Source: an uncultured bacterium (GTDB taxonomy: Bacteria > Patescibacteriota > Patescibacteriia > CAIQCM01). Taken from it: a stretch of DNA of 64,000 bases. The notes below the pieces were generated by a model. That model was not told the DNA's origin. It was given only the letters and a program-made list of their open reading frames with translations, and searched no databases. Positions 55,645 to 64,000 of the stretch are shown one piece after another (the stretch's first letter is position 1; each line of letters begins with the position of its first letter). The position numbers and the translations under genes were made by a program. The stretch covers positions 1,061,443-1,125,442 of the forward strand of contig OY970181.1 of assembly GCA_963708045.1 (NCBI GenBank), given 5' to 3'.

Positions 55645-57018
55645 TTAATATCTTGCCGGGCAACCCTTAAGGCGCGACGCGAATTCTTCCAAGTATTTCG
55701 GGTTTATGTCGTAAGATGTGAAAGAACCGCCTATATGCGCTTTATTTCCAAGACCTTCGATATCAACCGCATGCAGCAATTCATGAATAATGGTGTTCTC
55801 ACGCCACACGCTGGGATCAGTTTTTGACATATTGGATGCGTTAATACTGTGACAGGCGTAGATTTGCCGTTCCGGCGAGAACTCACAAACATCCGCTGGA
55901 TTATTCCGGCATTCGCCCTTCGTAGGCTTATCACTTACTCTTTCGTTTCCCGGAAAAACCATAAAATTGTAGCCGCAGGCACCGACCAGATGATCCCAGT
56001 CAACGAGAGCAATGGTCGCATGACGCTGAGCTTCGGAGTTGGGCATCCAAAACCCAAATTCATTGCAATACGCAGTATCGGCCGGCGCCGGCACCCATTG
56101 CGAACCTCCGCCCATGCTCCAGCCGGAGCCCATCTTAGAAAAGACAATGAACGCCTCCGGAGGATCAGACGTGCGCAAGTATGCGGATGCCCAATTCACC
56201 ATATTTAAATATCCTTCGTCGGCGGTGATCTCCGTTCCGAACGAAACGCGGATTATTTTCTGCAGTTTCAATTTCACGCTCGCCCTCTGAGACAACGAAA
56301 GCTGCACACCGCTCATGACTTTAAGTACATCATCGTCGGAAAGGTAACCAAAACCACCCCACCGATGGTTGTCCTGCAGATAGGTTGAAGTATCGATGAC
56401 CACGAGGGCATCCAGAGCGTGATCGTTCTGGGCACAGACCACGTCCGCGGATCCACAAGGAGGTTTCGCAGGCTGAATGGCAGGAGCGGAGGTTGGGGTG
56501 TTAGGACGTGGTATGACATCTAAGACGCCAAGGTCGGCCAATCTCCCTTCTTCAATTTTGTTGAGGTCGCTCGCGTTTATGCCCAAACCCAAGAGTCGCA
56601 TTGCATGGTAAGCCACCACTCCATCCTTAAGATACATCGCGCGGCATTTGGTCGGATCGACATACCAGGCTTCGCCATGCTGTTGCACCTGCAGGAGAAT
56701 GCGACCCTTCTGCCGGTTGGCGAACGGATTAGCCGCGCAGGCCGAAGACGAGGCGTTCATGGCCGCCGCGTCGGCAACAACAGAGATCTTTGAAAGGTCG
56801 GCGTCGGTGATGCCGAGCCCGGATGAACGCATCAGCTCAAATGCGACTGAACCATCCTTGAGGTAATAACGCCGCGAATCCACCGGATTAACATACCAGG
56901 CTTCGCCATGTTGTTGCACCTGCAGGAGGATACGGCCACGTAAACGTGCCGCCAAAACGGAATCATAAGCACTCACGCCGGTTATGGGAACAAGCGATAA
57001 TCCCATGGCTGTTATCAA
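55645..57018 (-). CDS. secreted protein with two ~50-aa repeats (GRILLQVQQHGEAWYV...YLKDG...GLGI) and C-terminal HExxH (zincin-like) domain
   Basis: Repeats shared with the 59281-60726 protein. TIIHELLHAVDIEG motif near C-terminus. Confidence 0.6.
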   Translation of the reverse strand: MITAMGLSLVPITGVSAYDSVLAARLRGRILLQVQQHGEAWYVNPVDSRRYYLKDGSVAFELMRSSGLGITDADLSKISVVADAAAMNASSSACAANPFANRQKGRILLQVQQHGEAWYVDPTKCRAMYLKDGVVAYHAMRLLGLGINASDLNKIEEGRLADLGVLDVIPRPNTPTSAPAIQPAKPPCGSADVVCAQNDHALDALVVIDTSTYLQDNHRWGGFGYLSDDDVLKVMSGVQLSLSQRASVKLKLQKIIRVSFGTEITADEGYLNMVNWASAYLRTSDPPEAFIVFSKMGSGWSMGGGSQWVPAPADTAYCNEFGFWMPNSEAQRHATIALVDWDHLVGACGYNFMVFPGNERVSDKPTKGECRNNPADVCEFSPERQIYACHSINASNMSKTDPSVWRENTIIHELLHAVDIEGLGNKAHIGGSFTSYDINPKYLEEFASRLKGCPARY

Positions 57019-57067
57019 AATAAATAACCGTGCGACTTTTTTTAGAGATTCAGTAAGTAAGTGCGTA

Positions 57068-57514
57068 TTATTGGATTAACAATTTTCTTTGAACCATTTC
57101 GTTGAACAATTTAAAATTTTTGCCGGATAATTTCAGCCTGACAATCCCCGCTTCCGACCATGACTTTTCTTTACCGTTGGGAAAAACGATCGTGCCTCCA
57201 ATGATCCCTTTCTTTATTTGTATTTGTGCAAGCGTGTTTTTTGAAAAAACAAAATGCTGCATTGAACCATTCAAGACAGCATCAAGGTTTTGTTTCACCG
57301 CCTGTTTTGAATCATGCGACGCGACAATGTCGCTAACCACGCTCGCCACTACCAAAAGACCACTGCCTACGCCCACCCCCACCGCCGATCCAGTTTGGAC
57401 AAAATAAATACTGTCGCCTGTTTCCAGAATCGACCAATAGGCCATGGTTACAATTCCGGAAACTTTTATATTCGCGATCGTTGAAAGAATAGCTTGCTGA
57501 TTAGTTTCTATCAT
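57068..57514 (-). CDS. hypothetical protein
   Basis: 148 aa, one hydrophobic segment. No family recognised. Confidence 0.4.
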   Translation of the reverse strand: MIETNQQAILSTIANIKVSGIVTMAYWSILETGDSIYFVQTGSAVGVGVGSGLLVVASVVSDIVASHDSKQAVKQNLDAVLNGSMQHFVFSKNTLAQIQIKKGIIGGTIVFPNGKEKSWSEAGIVRLKLSGKNFKLFNEMVQRKLLIQ

Positions 57515-57557
57515 GTTGAGTAATAAAATAATAACCTCTTAAAGACTCGCGTGTGAT

Positions 57558-58061
57558 TTATTTTTTCTTCAGACCCCAATTGGCCGTAAACGGAACCCAA
57601 GCTCTGCTTACCAATTGATATTTAGCATAAAATACGACTCTCACAAAAGCTAATCCGACCAAAATCGTTAAAATTATGACCAAGCAGATGGTTGCGACAG
57701 TATCGGTGCGAGCGTTTTCCGGATTTTTTTTATCATAGACAACCTTCTTTGTATCTCCGACAACCGGTCTAGTTAATGGGAACGGAGAACTTTGGATGTA
57801 GTATTGTTTCCCGTCAGCCGCAACAAAACTGATACCCATGAGGATATCGCTTCCCTTGGTAGAAGCGCGCTTCTCTATACCAATGATCGTCCCCTGCGCC
57901 GTCGCGCCATTCGCATCAAATAAATAAAGTTGGCTAGCCCAATATCCACCCCCAACAATGCTTATGATACCTAATATTCCAAAACCTATTCTTACAAACA
58001 ATCTGACTGGTTTGTAGCCGTACAGAGGCTTGTTGGAAGTGCGTAAGGTCAAATTTGACAT
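57558..58061 (-). CDS. DUF3592-like membrane protein
   Basis: Two TM helices flank a beta-rich domain (GTIIGIEKR...YYIQSS...VYDKKNP), the architecture of DUF3592. Confidence 0.5.
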   Translation of the reverse strand: MSNLTLRTSNKPLYGYKPVRLFVRIGFGILGIISIVGGGYWASQLYLFDANGATAQGTIIGIEKRASTKGSDILMGISFVAADGKQYYIQSSPFPLTRPVVGDTKKVVYDKKNPENARTDTVATICLVIILTILVGLAFVRVVFYAKYQLVSRAWVPFTANWGLKKK

Positions 58062-58317
58062 GTTCGTATTATACCAAATTTACAAACCATGTCTCGTACC
58101 GATGAACGAGTAGAGACAAAAAATCACCCTTTTGCGGAATACGCAGTGGCCAATATTGACAAAAAGCTAATTTTATAGTATCCTACTCGGTTATCGGTGC
58201 CCTGCTGAATTACGAGAGAACCCTCTCTTAATTCAGAAGGTCATCGCCAAATTTGTTATCACCCGGCTTAACGGGCGACAGAGGCGGCATGATTCTTCGC
58301 CGAACAGGAGAACGGAA

Positions 58318-58728
58318 ATGGAAAACAGATATCTGCGCGCCGGACTAGCGACCAGCGGACAACTGTATGGTGAAAAAGTCGTGCCCGAACATCGCGACAT
58401 CACCATTGGGTGTTCGGCAAAAGCCGACTACGTAATCCCTGTCGGTCAAGACACACCGCTCGCGGCACAACACGTACTTTTCAGGCACACGAGCGAAGGA
58501 TATTTTCTGCAGACCACAGAAGAAATGACCGGTTCACTTGCCAGTGACTCCGAAACGCCCCGACAAATCACTGACCTTTCCAAGACAGCTGACCGCAAGA
58601 ACGGTTTCTACCAGATTCCGCTCGGCGACAACGCACGAGGCATGATCAAGATCGGTCAGGTCAAAATTCTCTTCCAGGTTTTAGAGTACACGCCACCCGC
58701 GGAGAGGGCGAAGAGAGCGCACAGTTAG
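58318..58728 (+). CDS. small FHA-like protein
   Basis: 136 aa. ITIGCSAKADYVIP...AAQHVLFRHTSEGYFLQ resembles an FHA core. Long structured 5' leader. Confidence 0.4.
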   Translation: MENRYLRAGLATSGQLYGEKVVPEHRDITIGCSAKADYVIPVGQDTPLAAQHVLFRHTSEGYFLQTTEEMTGSLASDSETPRQITDLSKTADRKNGFYQIPLGDNARGMIKIGQVKILFQVLEYTPPAERAKRAHS

Positions 58729-58908
58729 AACAACACAATAACAATCTCGCAACCCTGCACACGGTGCAGGCAACACTCCTTTGTGATGAATTCATAGAGG
58801 AGTGTTTTAATTTATCAAACTTTTTACCAAACCAAAAAACACACAGAGCAATGACAGCCCATTTTTTAGAATGACTTGATTACAAACGATTTGAATTTAT
58901 TAGGGTCA

Positions 58909-59154
58909 TTATTTTGGCTCAAGATACAAATACAAGATGCCGTTACCATCAATACCGCCCATAGACGCGGACCGAATCGGGAAGTAGCCGTCGGGCGGCA
59001 TGACGCCAACATTATGGAAACCTTTCGCAACTTCCGTGCAGATATCTCCATTATAATTAACCGTGTAGGGTATAATGCGCCCGCTGTCGAGCTCTTCAAT
59101 TGTCACGAAGACCGGTTTTTTTGTGATTTTATCCCTCACGCAAACTAGATTCAT
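58909..59154 (-). CDS. small beta-rich ORF, possibly a detached C-terminal fragment of the upstream gene
   Basis: 81 aa. Lies 126 nt downstream of the 59281 gene stop. Confidence 0.25.
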   Translation of the reverse strand: MNLVCVRDKITKKPVFVTIEELDSGRIIPYTVNYNGDICTEVAKGFHNVGVMPPDGYFPIRSASMGGIDGNGILYLYLEPK

Positions 59155-59280
59155 ACCGCGTTCTTGAAAGGTTTTACCTGCGACCGCGGTCGATTCGTCT
59201 AGGGTGCTATAATCTATCGTTAGGCTGGCCGTATATCCGCTCGGGGCTTCGAATTGGAAAAGGTCCTGACCGAGCGAAAT

Positions 59281-60726
59281 TCAATACGATCCATTGACCG
59301 GCAGAACGATAGTCACTTGGCCAGCGCTATCTGTCGCGGCAAATGCCGTTTCTCGGTTTGTATTTGTTACGATCGGCCCTGTGGCGTAGATCACCGTGTC
59401 GGCCTTTGGTAACCCAGACGCATCTTTATATGTAACGGCTGATTGCGTCTTGTTGGCGGAATTTTTTGCATAAGTAACTGCCGGGAAATACAATTTTTGC
59501 TCGGAGTTAACCGGCTGTGGATCTACTTGGACGATAATATTATCGCCCGGCTTAATGTTCATTACCGGATCGTAATTTAGCCAATCAATCCTTTGCGCGC
59601 TGAACGTAGCTGTTTCGCCGTCCGCGATTTCCAAAGTTATCTCACCGTTTATACTACTCTCTAGCACATCGCCGTTGGAGCAGCCACCACATCGGATATT
59701 GTGCCCGGGAATCACCAAGCCGGTCTTTTTATTTATTAATTTTACAGTTGCCGTACCGGTCTGCGGTTCGGGCAACGGATCAATCCTAATATCCCTTATC
59801 AAAAACTTCTGTTCCCCTCGGCCGCCATCACTCTTATTCCACGCGAGGGTGATGTAATTTGTTTTTGCGTCAGGCAAGCACTTGGCGTAACCATATAAGA
59901 TTATTTCTTTCTGGCTTAAGCTAGTGCCGAATCCTTCCTCGGGATTATAAGTCTTGCACTTACTATTCTCAATATTTTTGCTCGTAATACTCAATAAATT
60001 GGAGCCTTTAATGGTTATGGCGACACCTTCGGTATACACCAGATTAACCGCAAATGGAGATCCACTACCCGAAGATACATTGCCCGAAGATCCGTCATTT
60101 GAAGACGCATTCACTCTGGGTATTCTGGCTAAATCCGTGTTGGTAATACCGAGTCCCTGATAACGCATAATCGTGTAAGCCGCAGCGCCATCTTTCAGGT
60201 AATAACGACGGAGGGTAACTGGGTTCACATACCAGGCCTGGCCGCTCCTTTCCACATCCAGCAGAATCCGTCCGGAAAGGCGGCGCGTCTGGGCGCTGTC
60301 TGTCGCAATCTTGGTCTTTTTGGAAGACATCGGGTCGTAGCCGCCCCGTACCTCAACGCCGTCGGGGAATCCGTCATTGTCGCTATCAGCATTGTTCGGG
60401 TTGATTCCGATTGCGCGCTCAAACGAGTCGGACAAACCATCGCCATCGGTATCAGTGTCAACAAAACGGTCTTCAATTCCGATCGGTATTAAGGAGAGGT
60501 CGCGACCGGTTATTCCAAGACCATCCGACCTTAATAAGGAAAAAGCGGCATCGCCATTTTTAAGATATACCCGTTCCTGCGTGACCGGACTGACGTACCA
60601 AGCCTCGCCGGCAGATTGAACCTGCAGCAAAATACGGCCGATCGTATTGGTCGGCGCCGCGGCCGAGGACAGGGCGGGCGTCGCGATCATGGCACATAAC
60701 ATTATTAAAAAAATCGCTTTTCGCAT
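59281..60726 (-). CDS. secreted protein: two GRILL-type repeats separated by a TSP3-like Ca-binding D-rich linker, then Ig/CarboxypepD_reg-like C-terminal domains
   Basis: Signal peptide MRKAIFLIMLCAMIATPALSSAAA. DTDGDGLSDSFERAIGINPNNADSDNDGFPDGVEVRGGYDP. Repeats match those in the 55645 protein. Confidence 0.65.
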   Translation of the reverse strand: MRKAIFLIMLCAMIATPALSSAAAPTNTIGRILLQVQSAGEAWYVSPVTQERVYLKNGDAAFSLLRSDGLGITGRDLSLIPIGIEDRFVDTDTDGDGLSDSFERAIGINPNNADSDNDGFPDGVEVRGGYDPMSSKKTKIATDSAQTRRLSGRILLDVERSGQAWYVNPVTLRRYYLKDGAAAYTIMRYQGLGITNTDLARIPRVNASSNDGSSGNVSSGSGSPFAVNLVYTEGVAITIKGSNLLSITSKNIENSKCKTYNPEEGFGTSLSQKEIILYGYAKCLPDAKTNYITLAWNKSDGGRGEQKFLIRDIRIDPLPEPQTGTATVKLINKKTGLVIPGHNIRCGGCSNGDVLESSINGEITLEIADGETATFSAQRIDWLNYDPVMNIKPGDNIIVQVDPQPVNSEQKLYFPAVTYAKNSANKTQSAVTYKDASGLPKADTVIYATGPIVTNTNRETAFAATDSAGQVTIVLPVNGSY

Positions 60727-60784
60727 ATAAAACCGATACGTTAATAATATGATTATATTATTGCAAAGATGCCAGATGGTGTGT

Positions 60785-61249
60785 TTACAGCATGCACTTA
60801 GCGGACAGACCCATCACCTTTCCATCATTCAACTCCCAACCAGATTCGCAATTTGCCATTTCCATTTTTTGACATTGCCCGATCGGCTTAAGCGCGGCGC
60901 AATCAAAGCCCTTGTCCAGTTTGACGCATTGATTAAGGATCCCGTAGTTGCCAAGGATGATGTCAGGAGTATTGGGCATAGCCGGAGAAGCGACGAGACA
61001 ATGCCCGCTGCAGTCAGAAGTTCTAACGCAACTCTTTCCCCCGTCTCGATACGGCACGACGCATTTATATGAACAGCCGCCGATACCGCAGCCGGCTTCA
61101 ATCGTTGTTCCGTGGCGAGCTTTGCAGGTGGTTTCTGAAACGAAATTAAAAACAGGTTCAACTGTTGTGCGCGGCAGGCTGAACAACACCACCGCCCCCA
61201 CAACAACAACGGCGATAACGATAATTAATGGGATAATTTTAGTTTTCAT
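60785..61249 (-). CDS. small secreted Cys-rich protein
   Basis: Revised start MKTKIIPLIIVIAVVVVGAVVLF (TM anchor). The upstream 50 codons of the track ORF overlap a terminator and candidate RNA. 10+ Cys. Confidence 0.5.
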   Translation of the reverse strand: MKTKIIPLIIVIAVVVVGAVVLFSLPRTTVEPVFNFVSETTCKARHGTTIEAGCGIGGCSYKCVVPYRDGGKSCVRTSDCSGHCLVASPAMPNTPDIILGNYGILNQCVKLDKGFDCAALKPIGQCQKMEMANCESGWELNDGKVMGLSAKCML

Positions 61250-61340
61250 AATTGATCCATTATATAACCCTTCTATCAAAAAAGAAACGCGAATAGCAGG
61301 ACATCTCTGCCACCATTGCAACAAATTAATTCCAAAGATA

Positions 61341-61638
61341 AAAAAAGACCCGCGGCTCGATAGCTTTGGGTCTCGGCGGTTGGCAAAGTGACTTACCAAC
61401 GTCGTTTGTGAGTTCGGTACCTTTGTACCAAATCTCTTTGCCTGATGGCTGAGCTGGATTCAGATATCACTGTCTGATCGGCTCGTTTTGCCGCACGCTT
61501 TGGGATAGGTACCAAAGAGTCGGCTTCAATTGTGGCTTTTGCCACTGCACGATAAGCTACTGCCTATCATCTTATCGCGCAACTAACGGTTGTTCGTCCA
61601 GGATCCCCTGCGACGATCAAGACGCGATTGCATCCTGA
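61341..61638 (-). ncRNA. candidate ~300-nt structured RNA or long 5' leader (class not identified)
   Basis: Near-consensus promoter TTGACA-N17-TATGAT on minus strand at 61645-61673. No ORF. Nested inverted repeats (ctctttg/caaagag, tcaga/tctga, gagc/gctc). Terminator hairpin + T7 at ~61341-61372. Confidence 0.35.
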
Positions 61639-61730
61639 CAAAGAATCATAGCATGAATCTATGAAAATGTCAAGACTGCCAGGACACCCCCGCGTTCCAC
61701 AACCAATGCACCATAAACAAATTTAGAAAT

Positions 61731-61763
61731 CAAAAAGCCAGCCGTGAGGCTGACTTTTTAAGC
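61731..61763. terminator. bidirectional intrinsic terminator
   Basis: A5-gccagcc-gtga-ggctgac-T5, downstream of the minus-strand STAS gene and upstream of the ncRNA promoter. Confidence 0.45.
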
Positions 61764-61803
61764 GGGGCATCTGGGAGGCGGTTAGAATTATTTGTAAAAA
61801 ACT

Positions 61804-62082
61804 CTATACAGTGGCCGATGCATTAATCGTTTGAAAAGTCGTTTTTACGCTAAGGTTATCGCCTTCGATGATCTTTATCTTTGATGCGCCAAAATCGTTT
61901 TTTAGACCGGTAACGAATTCATCGGCCCATGACGGAGTAAGGACATTAACTTTGGAAAAATCCAATTCAATCGGCTCGTCGCCGTCTTTGGGAATATTAT
62001 AAGCGCGCGCACTTAAATACGCTTCGCGTCCGGCGGGGCGGGAAATAAGAGTTGTACCAAATTTGCTAATGTCGATTCTCAT
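61804..62082 (-). CDS. DUF4325 (STAS-like) domain protein, paralog of 9792-10097
   Basis: FGTTLISRPAGREAY ... LDFSKVNVLTPSWADEFVTGL. Confidence 0.7.
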   Translation of the reverse strand: MRIDISKFGTTLISRPAGREAYLSARAYNIPKDGDEPIELDFSKVNVLTPSWADEFVTGLKNDFGASKIKIIEGDNLSVKTTFQTINASATV

Positions 62083-62158
62083 ATATTTTTCTTAACCGAT
62101 AATTCTATATAGGTTCCATTGACCGATGTTTCCGATTCCGCAATATACCTAAACATGT

Positions 62159-62671
62159 CTATATTGTCCATATATGGCCAGTCAGTTTTAGTTCTGCATT
62201 GCCTGATATAAATATGAACGATTCCATTCCACGAAGAAGATCAAGCGAGCGAACCACGAATTTTAATCCGTTACCGCGCTGTTCCGGCGCGCGGCCGGTG
62301 ATGGTTTCGGTAAAGGCGACTTTGATCGCCTCGCTGTCATCTTTAAGACCGGGTCGCACCTGCCTAAGGGTCGTTAAAACCCCGCGACCCCGATCGGCGA
62401 TCTTCATTCGAAAAACATTTCCTTTAATTTCATATTCAAACCAGCAACCAGGGACATCGGGCCAATTTCCAAAATTGTGGTCAAAACAATTTCCCGTCAA
62501 TTCGCCGGCCATCGCCGCAAGCAACCCTGACTCATCATCCGACCAATTATGAGCAATAAATTCAGGCCGCATCTTTTCAACCCGCGCCTGCGCCACATCA
62601 CGCGCCTCGCAATAAAATTCCGACGCAGGACGAACTCCCTCTTTGGATTTTGCCCAATCTAATGCTTTCAT
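62159..62671 (-). CDS. GHKL (anti-sigma-factor-like Ser kinase/ATPase) domain protein, paralog of the C-terminal half of 9068-9805
   Basis: ELTGNCFDHNFGNWPD, ADRGRGVL, QRGNGLKFV. About 55-60% identical by eye over the ATPase domain. No HTH. Confidence 0.7.
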   Translation of the reverse strand: MKALDWAKSKEGVRPASEFYCEARDVAQARVEKMRPEFIAHNWSDDESGLLAAMAGELTGNCFDHNFGNWPDVPGCWFEYEIKGNVFRMKIADRGRGVLTTLRQVRPGLKDDSEAIKVAFTETITGRAPEQRGNGLKFVVRSLDLLRGMESFIFISGNAELKLTGHIWTI

Positions 62672-62734
62672 ACGGGTATATTGATACTACTTCAAAATAC
62701 ATAAAAACTCCAGTCTTTTTGACAGGAGTTTTTA

Positions 62735-62813
62735 TGGCGGGTGCGATGGGATTTGAACCCACGATCTTCTCCGTGACAGGGAGACGCGTTGAGCCGGGCT
62801 ACGCTACGCACCC
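62735..62813 (-). tRNA. tRNA-Asp (anticodon GTC)
   Basis: Hand-folded cloverleaf: acceptor GGGTGCG/CGCACCC, D-stem GCGT/ACGC, anticodon stem TCTCC/GGAGA with loop CTGTCAC, T-stem GTGGG/CCCAT with loop TTCAAAT, discriminator G, encoded CCA. Confidence 0.85.
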
Positions 62814-62894
62814 CCGCGAATTTTTTCTAACGCCTCTTTAAAATACACGAACTTACGATTTAAGTAAAGAGGGTGAGGTGAGCAGAAATCCGCT

Positions 62895-63003
62895 GGCGTC
62901 ATCCCGAAGAGCCAAAGCGATGAGGGAACTCAAAGTCTCTAAATAATCTCAGCGATTCCTCGTCCTAGACAAAACGACTAGACGGACTCGGAATGACGGC
63001 AAG
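62895..63003. repeat. intergenic X-Y repeat element (inverted relative to 11120-11277)
   Basis: ggcgtcatcccgaagagccaaagcgatgagggaactcaaagtctct + aaataatctcagcgattcctcgtcctagacaaaacgactagacggactcggaatgacggcaag. Confidence 0.55.
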
Positions 63004-63053
63004 GAGAAACTAAAAATCACCCCAATTGCTCGGGGCGATTTTTAAATTTTGAT

Positions 63054-63401
63054 TTACTTTTTTACTTCAGCAAAGATTTTGGCAAAAACAGCTGGATGTT
63101 CCAAAGCGATATTCGCGAGAATTTTGCGATCCAATTCAACATTCGCTTTTTTAAGAGCGTCAATAAATTTGGAATAGCTCATCCCCTGTTCGCGGGCGGC
63201 AGCATTAAGGCGGATCGTCCAAAGCGAACGGAAGTCGCGCTTCTTTTGCTTGCGACCAGAAAATGCGTTAACGCCAGCTTTAAGAACGGCGGTTCGCGCA
63301 AGTTTGATTTTTGATTTGCGTCCCCACTTGTAGCTCTTGGTTCGGGCGAGCAGGTAGCGGCGGCGTTTGGCATGCATGATGCCACGTTTGACTCTGGACA
63401 T
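63054..63401 (-). CDS. rplT: 50S ribosomal protein L20
   Basis: MSRVKRGIMHAKRRRYLLARTKSY... is the canonical L20 N-terminus. Confidence 0.95.
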   Translation of the reverse strand: MSRVKRGIMHAKRRRYLLARTKSYKWGRKSKIKLARTAVLKAGVNAFSGRKQKKRDFRSLWTIRLNAAAREQGMSYSKFIDALKKANVELDRKILANIALEHPAVFAKIFAEVKK

Positions 63402-63402
63402 A

Positions 63403-63597
63403 TTAGTTTGGCATTAAATCAATAAGCGACCGGCGCACCGTGCTGGTCATTTGTCTTTGTAAGCGTTTAGCGCGAGTCACCTTTCCGGTTTCGCGAGAAT
63501 TAAAGTGATCCTGTCCGGCAACCTTTTTCATAAACTTGCCGGTCTTGGTCTTATTAAACCGTTTCGCGGTTGCTTTGTGGGTTTTTAGTTTGGCCAT
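63403..63597 (-). CDS. rpmI: 50S ribosomal protein L35
   Basis: MAKLKTHKATAKRFNKTKTGKFMKK... is the canonical L35. Confidence 0.9.
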   Translation of the reverse strand: MAKLKTHKATAKRFNKTKTGKFMKKVAGQDHFNSRETGKVTRAKRLQRQMTSTVRRSLIDLMPN

Positions 63598-63720
63598 ATT
63601 TAAACTTTTAGCTTTTAACTTTTAACTGTTAGATACAACAATTGCTGATTAAAAAATAGGCTTTCGCCTCATTTCTTAAAAGTTAACAGTTAATAGTTAA
63701 CAGTTAAAGCTTTGATTATA
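63598..63720. repeat. (TTAAAAG)n inverted-repeat element, locus C
   Basis: aacttttagcttttaacttttaactgttag ... ttaaaagttaacagttaatagttaacagttaaag between infC and rpmI. Confidence 0.45.
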
Positions 63721-64000
63721 TTACTTCTTTGCGACCACTACTGTCAAGCGTCCGCCTTGGCGCGAGAACGGCTGGTCAATTTTAACGCCAACGGCTTCAT
63801 CTAGCCCTTTTATAAAGCCATCCATCACTTGGCGAGCCAAATCCATAAATTGCCGCTCCCGACCGCGCAAAATAACCTCAACCTGAACGCGATCGCCGCC
63901 ATCCAAAAACTCTTTGGCTTTGTCTAAACGTACATCGCGATCGTGGGCGCCAATTCTAAGAGAAAGACGAATTCCCTTAACTTCCACCTTATGGGCGTGG
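63721..64000 (-). CDS. infC: translation initiation factor IF-3 (partial; N-terminus beyond right edge)
   Basis: C-terminal domain ...RGRERQFMDLARQVMDGFIKGLDEAVGVKIDQPFSRQGGRLTVVVAKK. The reading frame stays open to position 64000. Confidence 0.85.
   Translation of the reverse strand, partial: HAHKVEVKGIRLSLRIGAHDRDVRLDKAKEFLDGGDRVQVEVILRGRERQFMDLARQVMDGFIKGLDEAVGVKIDQPFSRQGGRLTVVVAKK

Noticed and set aside
61400-61740. tmRNA (ssrA) or RNase P RNA in the ORF-free region
   Set aside because: ggctgagctggattcagat loosely resembles the tmRNA 5' end. But there is no tRNA-like 3' end with CCA, no tag-peptide reading frame and no P4 (GGAAAGUCCGG) motif. Left as an unclassified RNA candidate.
62650-62841. 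63-aa plus-strand ORF
   Set aside because: It overlaps the antisense strand of tRNA-Asp and so is spurious.

Overview
The window is a gene-dense, largely minus-strand-coded bacterial segment. From gene content I infer a Patescibacteria/CPR-like genome. That inference rests on tiny intergenic spacers, stand-alone glycolytic genes eno/pgk/gpmI, several type IV pilin-like proteins with lectin or CarboxypepD_reg domains, many small secreted Cys-rich lipoproteins, and weak Shine-Dalgarno usage.

The most notable feature is a complete diversity-generating retroelement (DGR) at about 6.3-8.9 kb. It comprises a DGR-type reverse transcriptase, a divergently oriented Avd-like four-helix-bundle gene, and a 138-bp template repeat (TR). 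A cognate variable repeat (VR) forms the last 46 codons of a small target gene. The 11 TR/VR differences all fall on TR adenines, which is the adenine-specific mutagenesis signature.

Other notable content:
- A duplicated two-gene module (MerR-HTH/GHKL anti-sigma-like kinase plus DUF4325 STAS-like protein) sits near both ends of the window.
- A 1162-aa low-complexity protein carries an FtsK-gamma-like winged helix.
- An 8.5-kb GC-rich island encodes Cys-rich, Thr/Gly-rich lipoproteins with MopE-like repeats.
- Two secreted proteins share an unrecognised ~50-aa repeat domain, one of them with a C-terminal HExxH motif.
- A probable hrpA helicase gene is split by a frameshift in an A6 tract.
- Several families of intergenic repeats are present: X/Y modules, (TTAAAAG)n hairpins, a 36-bp perfect palindrome and TTTAGGG-like tandems.
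- A roughly 300-nt candidate structured RNA is framed by a near-consensus sigma70 promoter and terminators.
- A tRNA-Asp(GTC) lies next to a partial infC-rpmI-rplT operon.

Coordinates I derived by hand (repeats, hairpins, revised starts) may be off by 1-2 nt.
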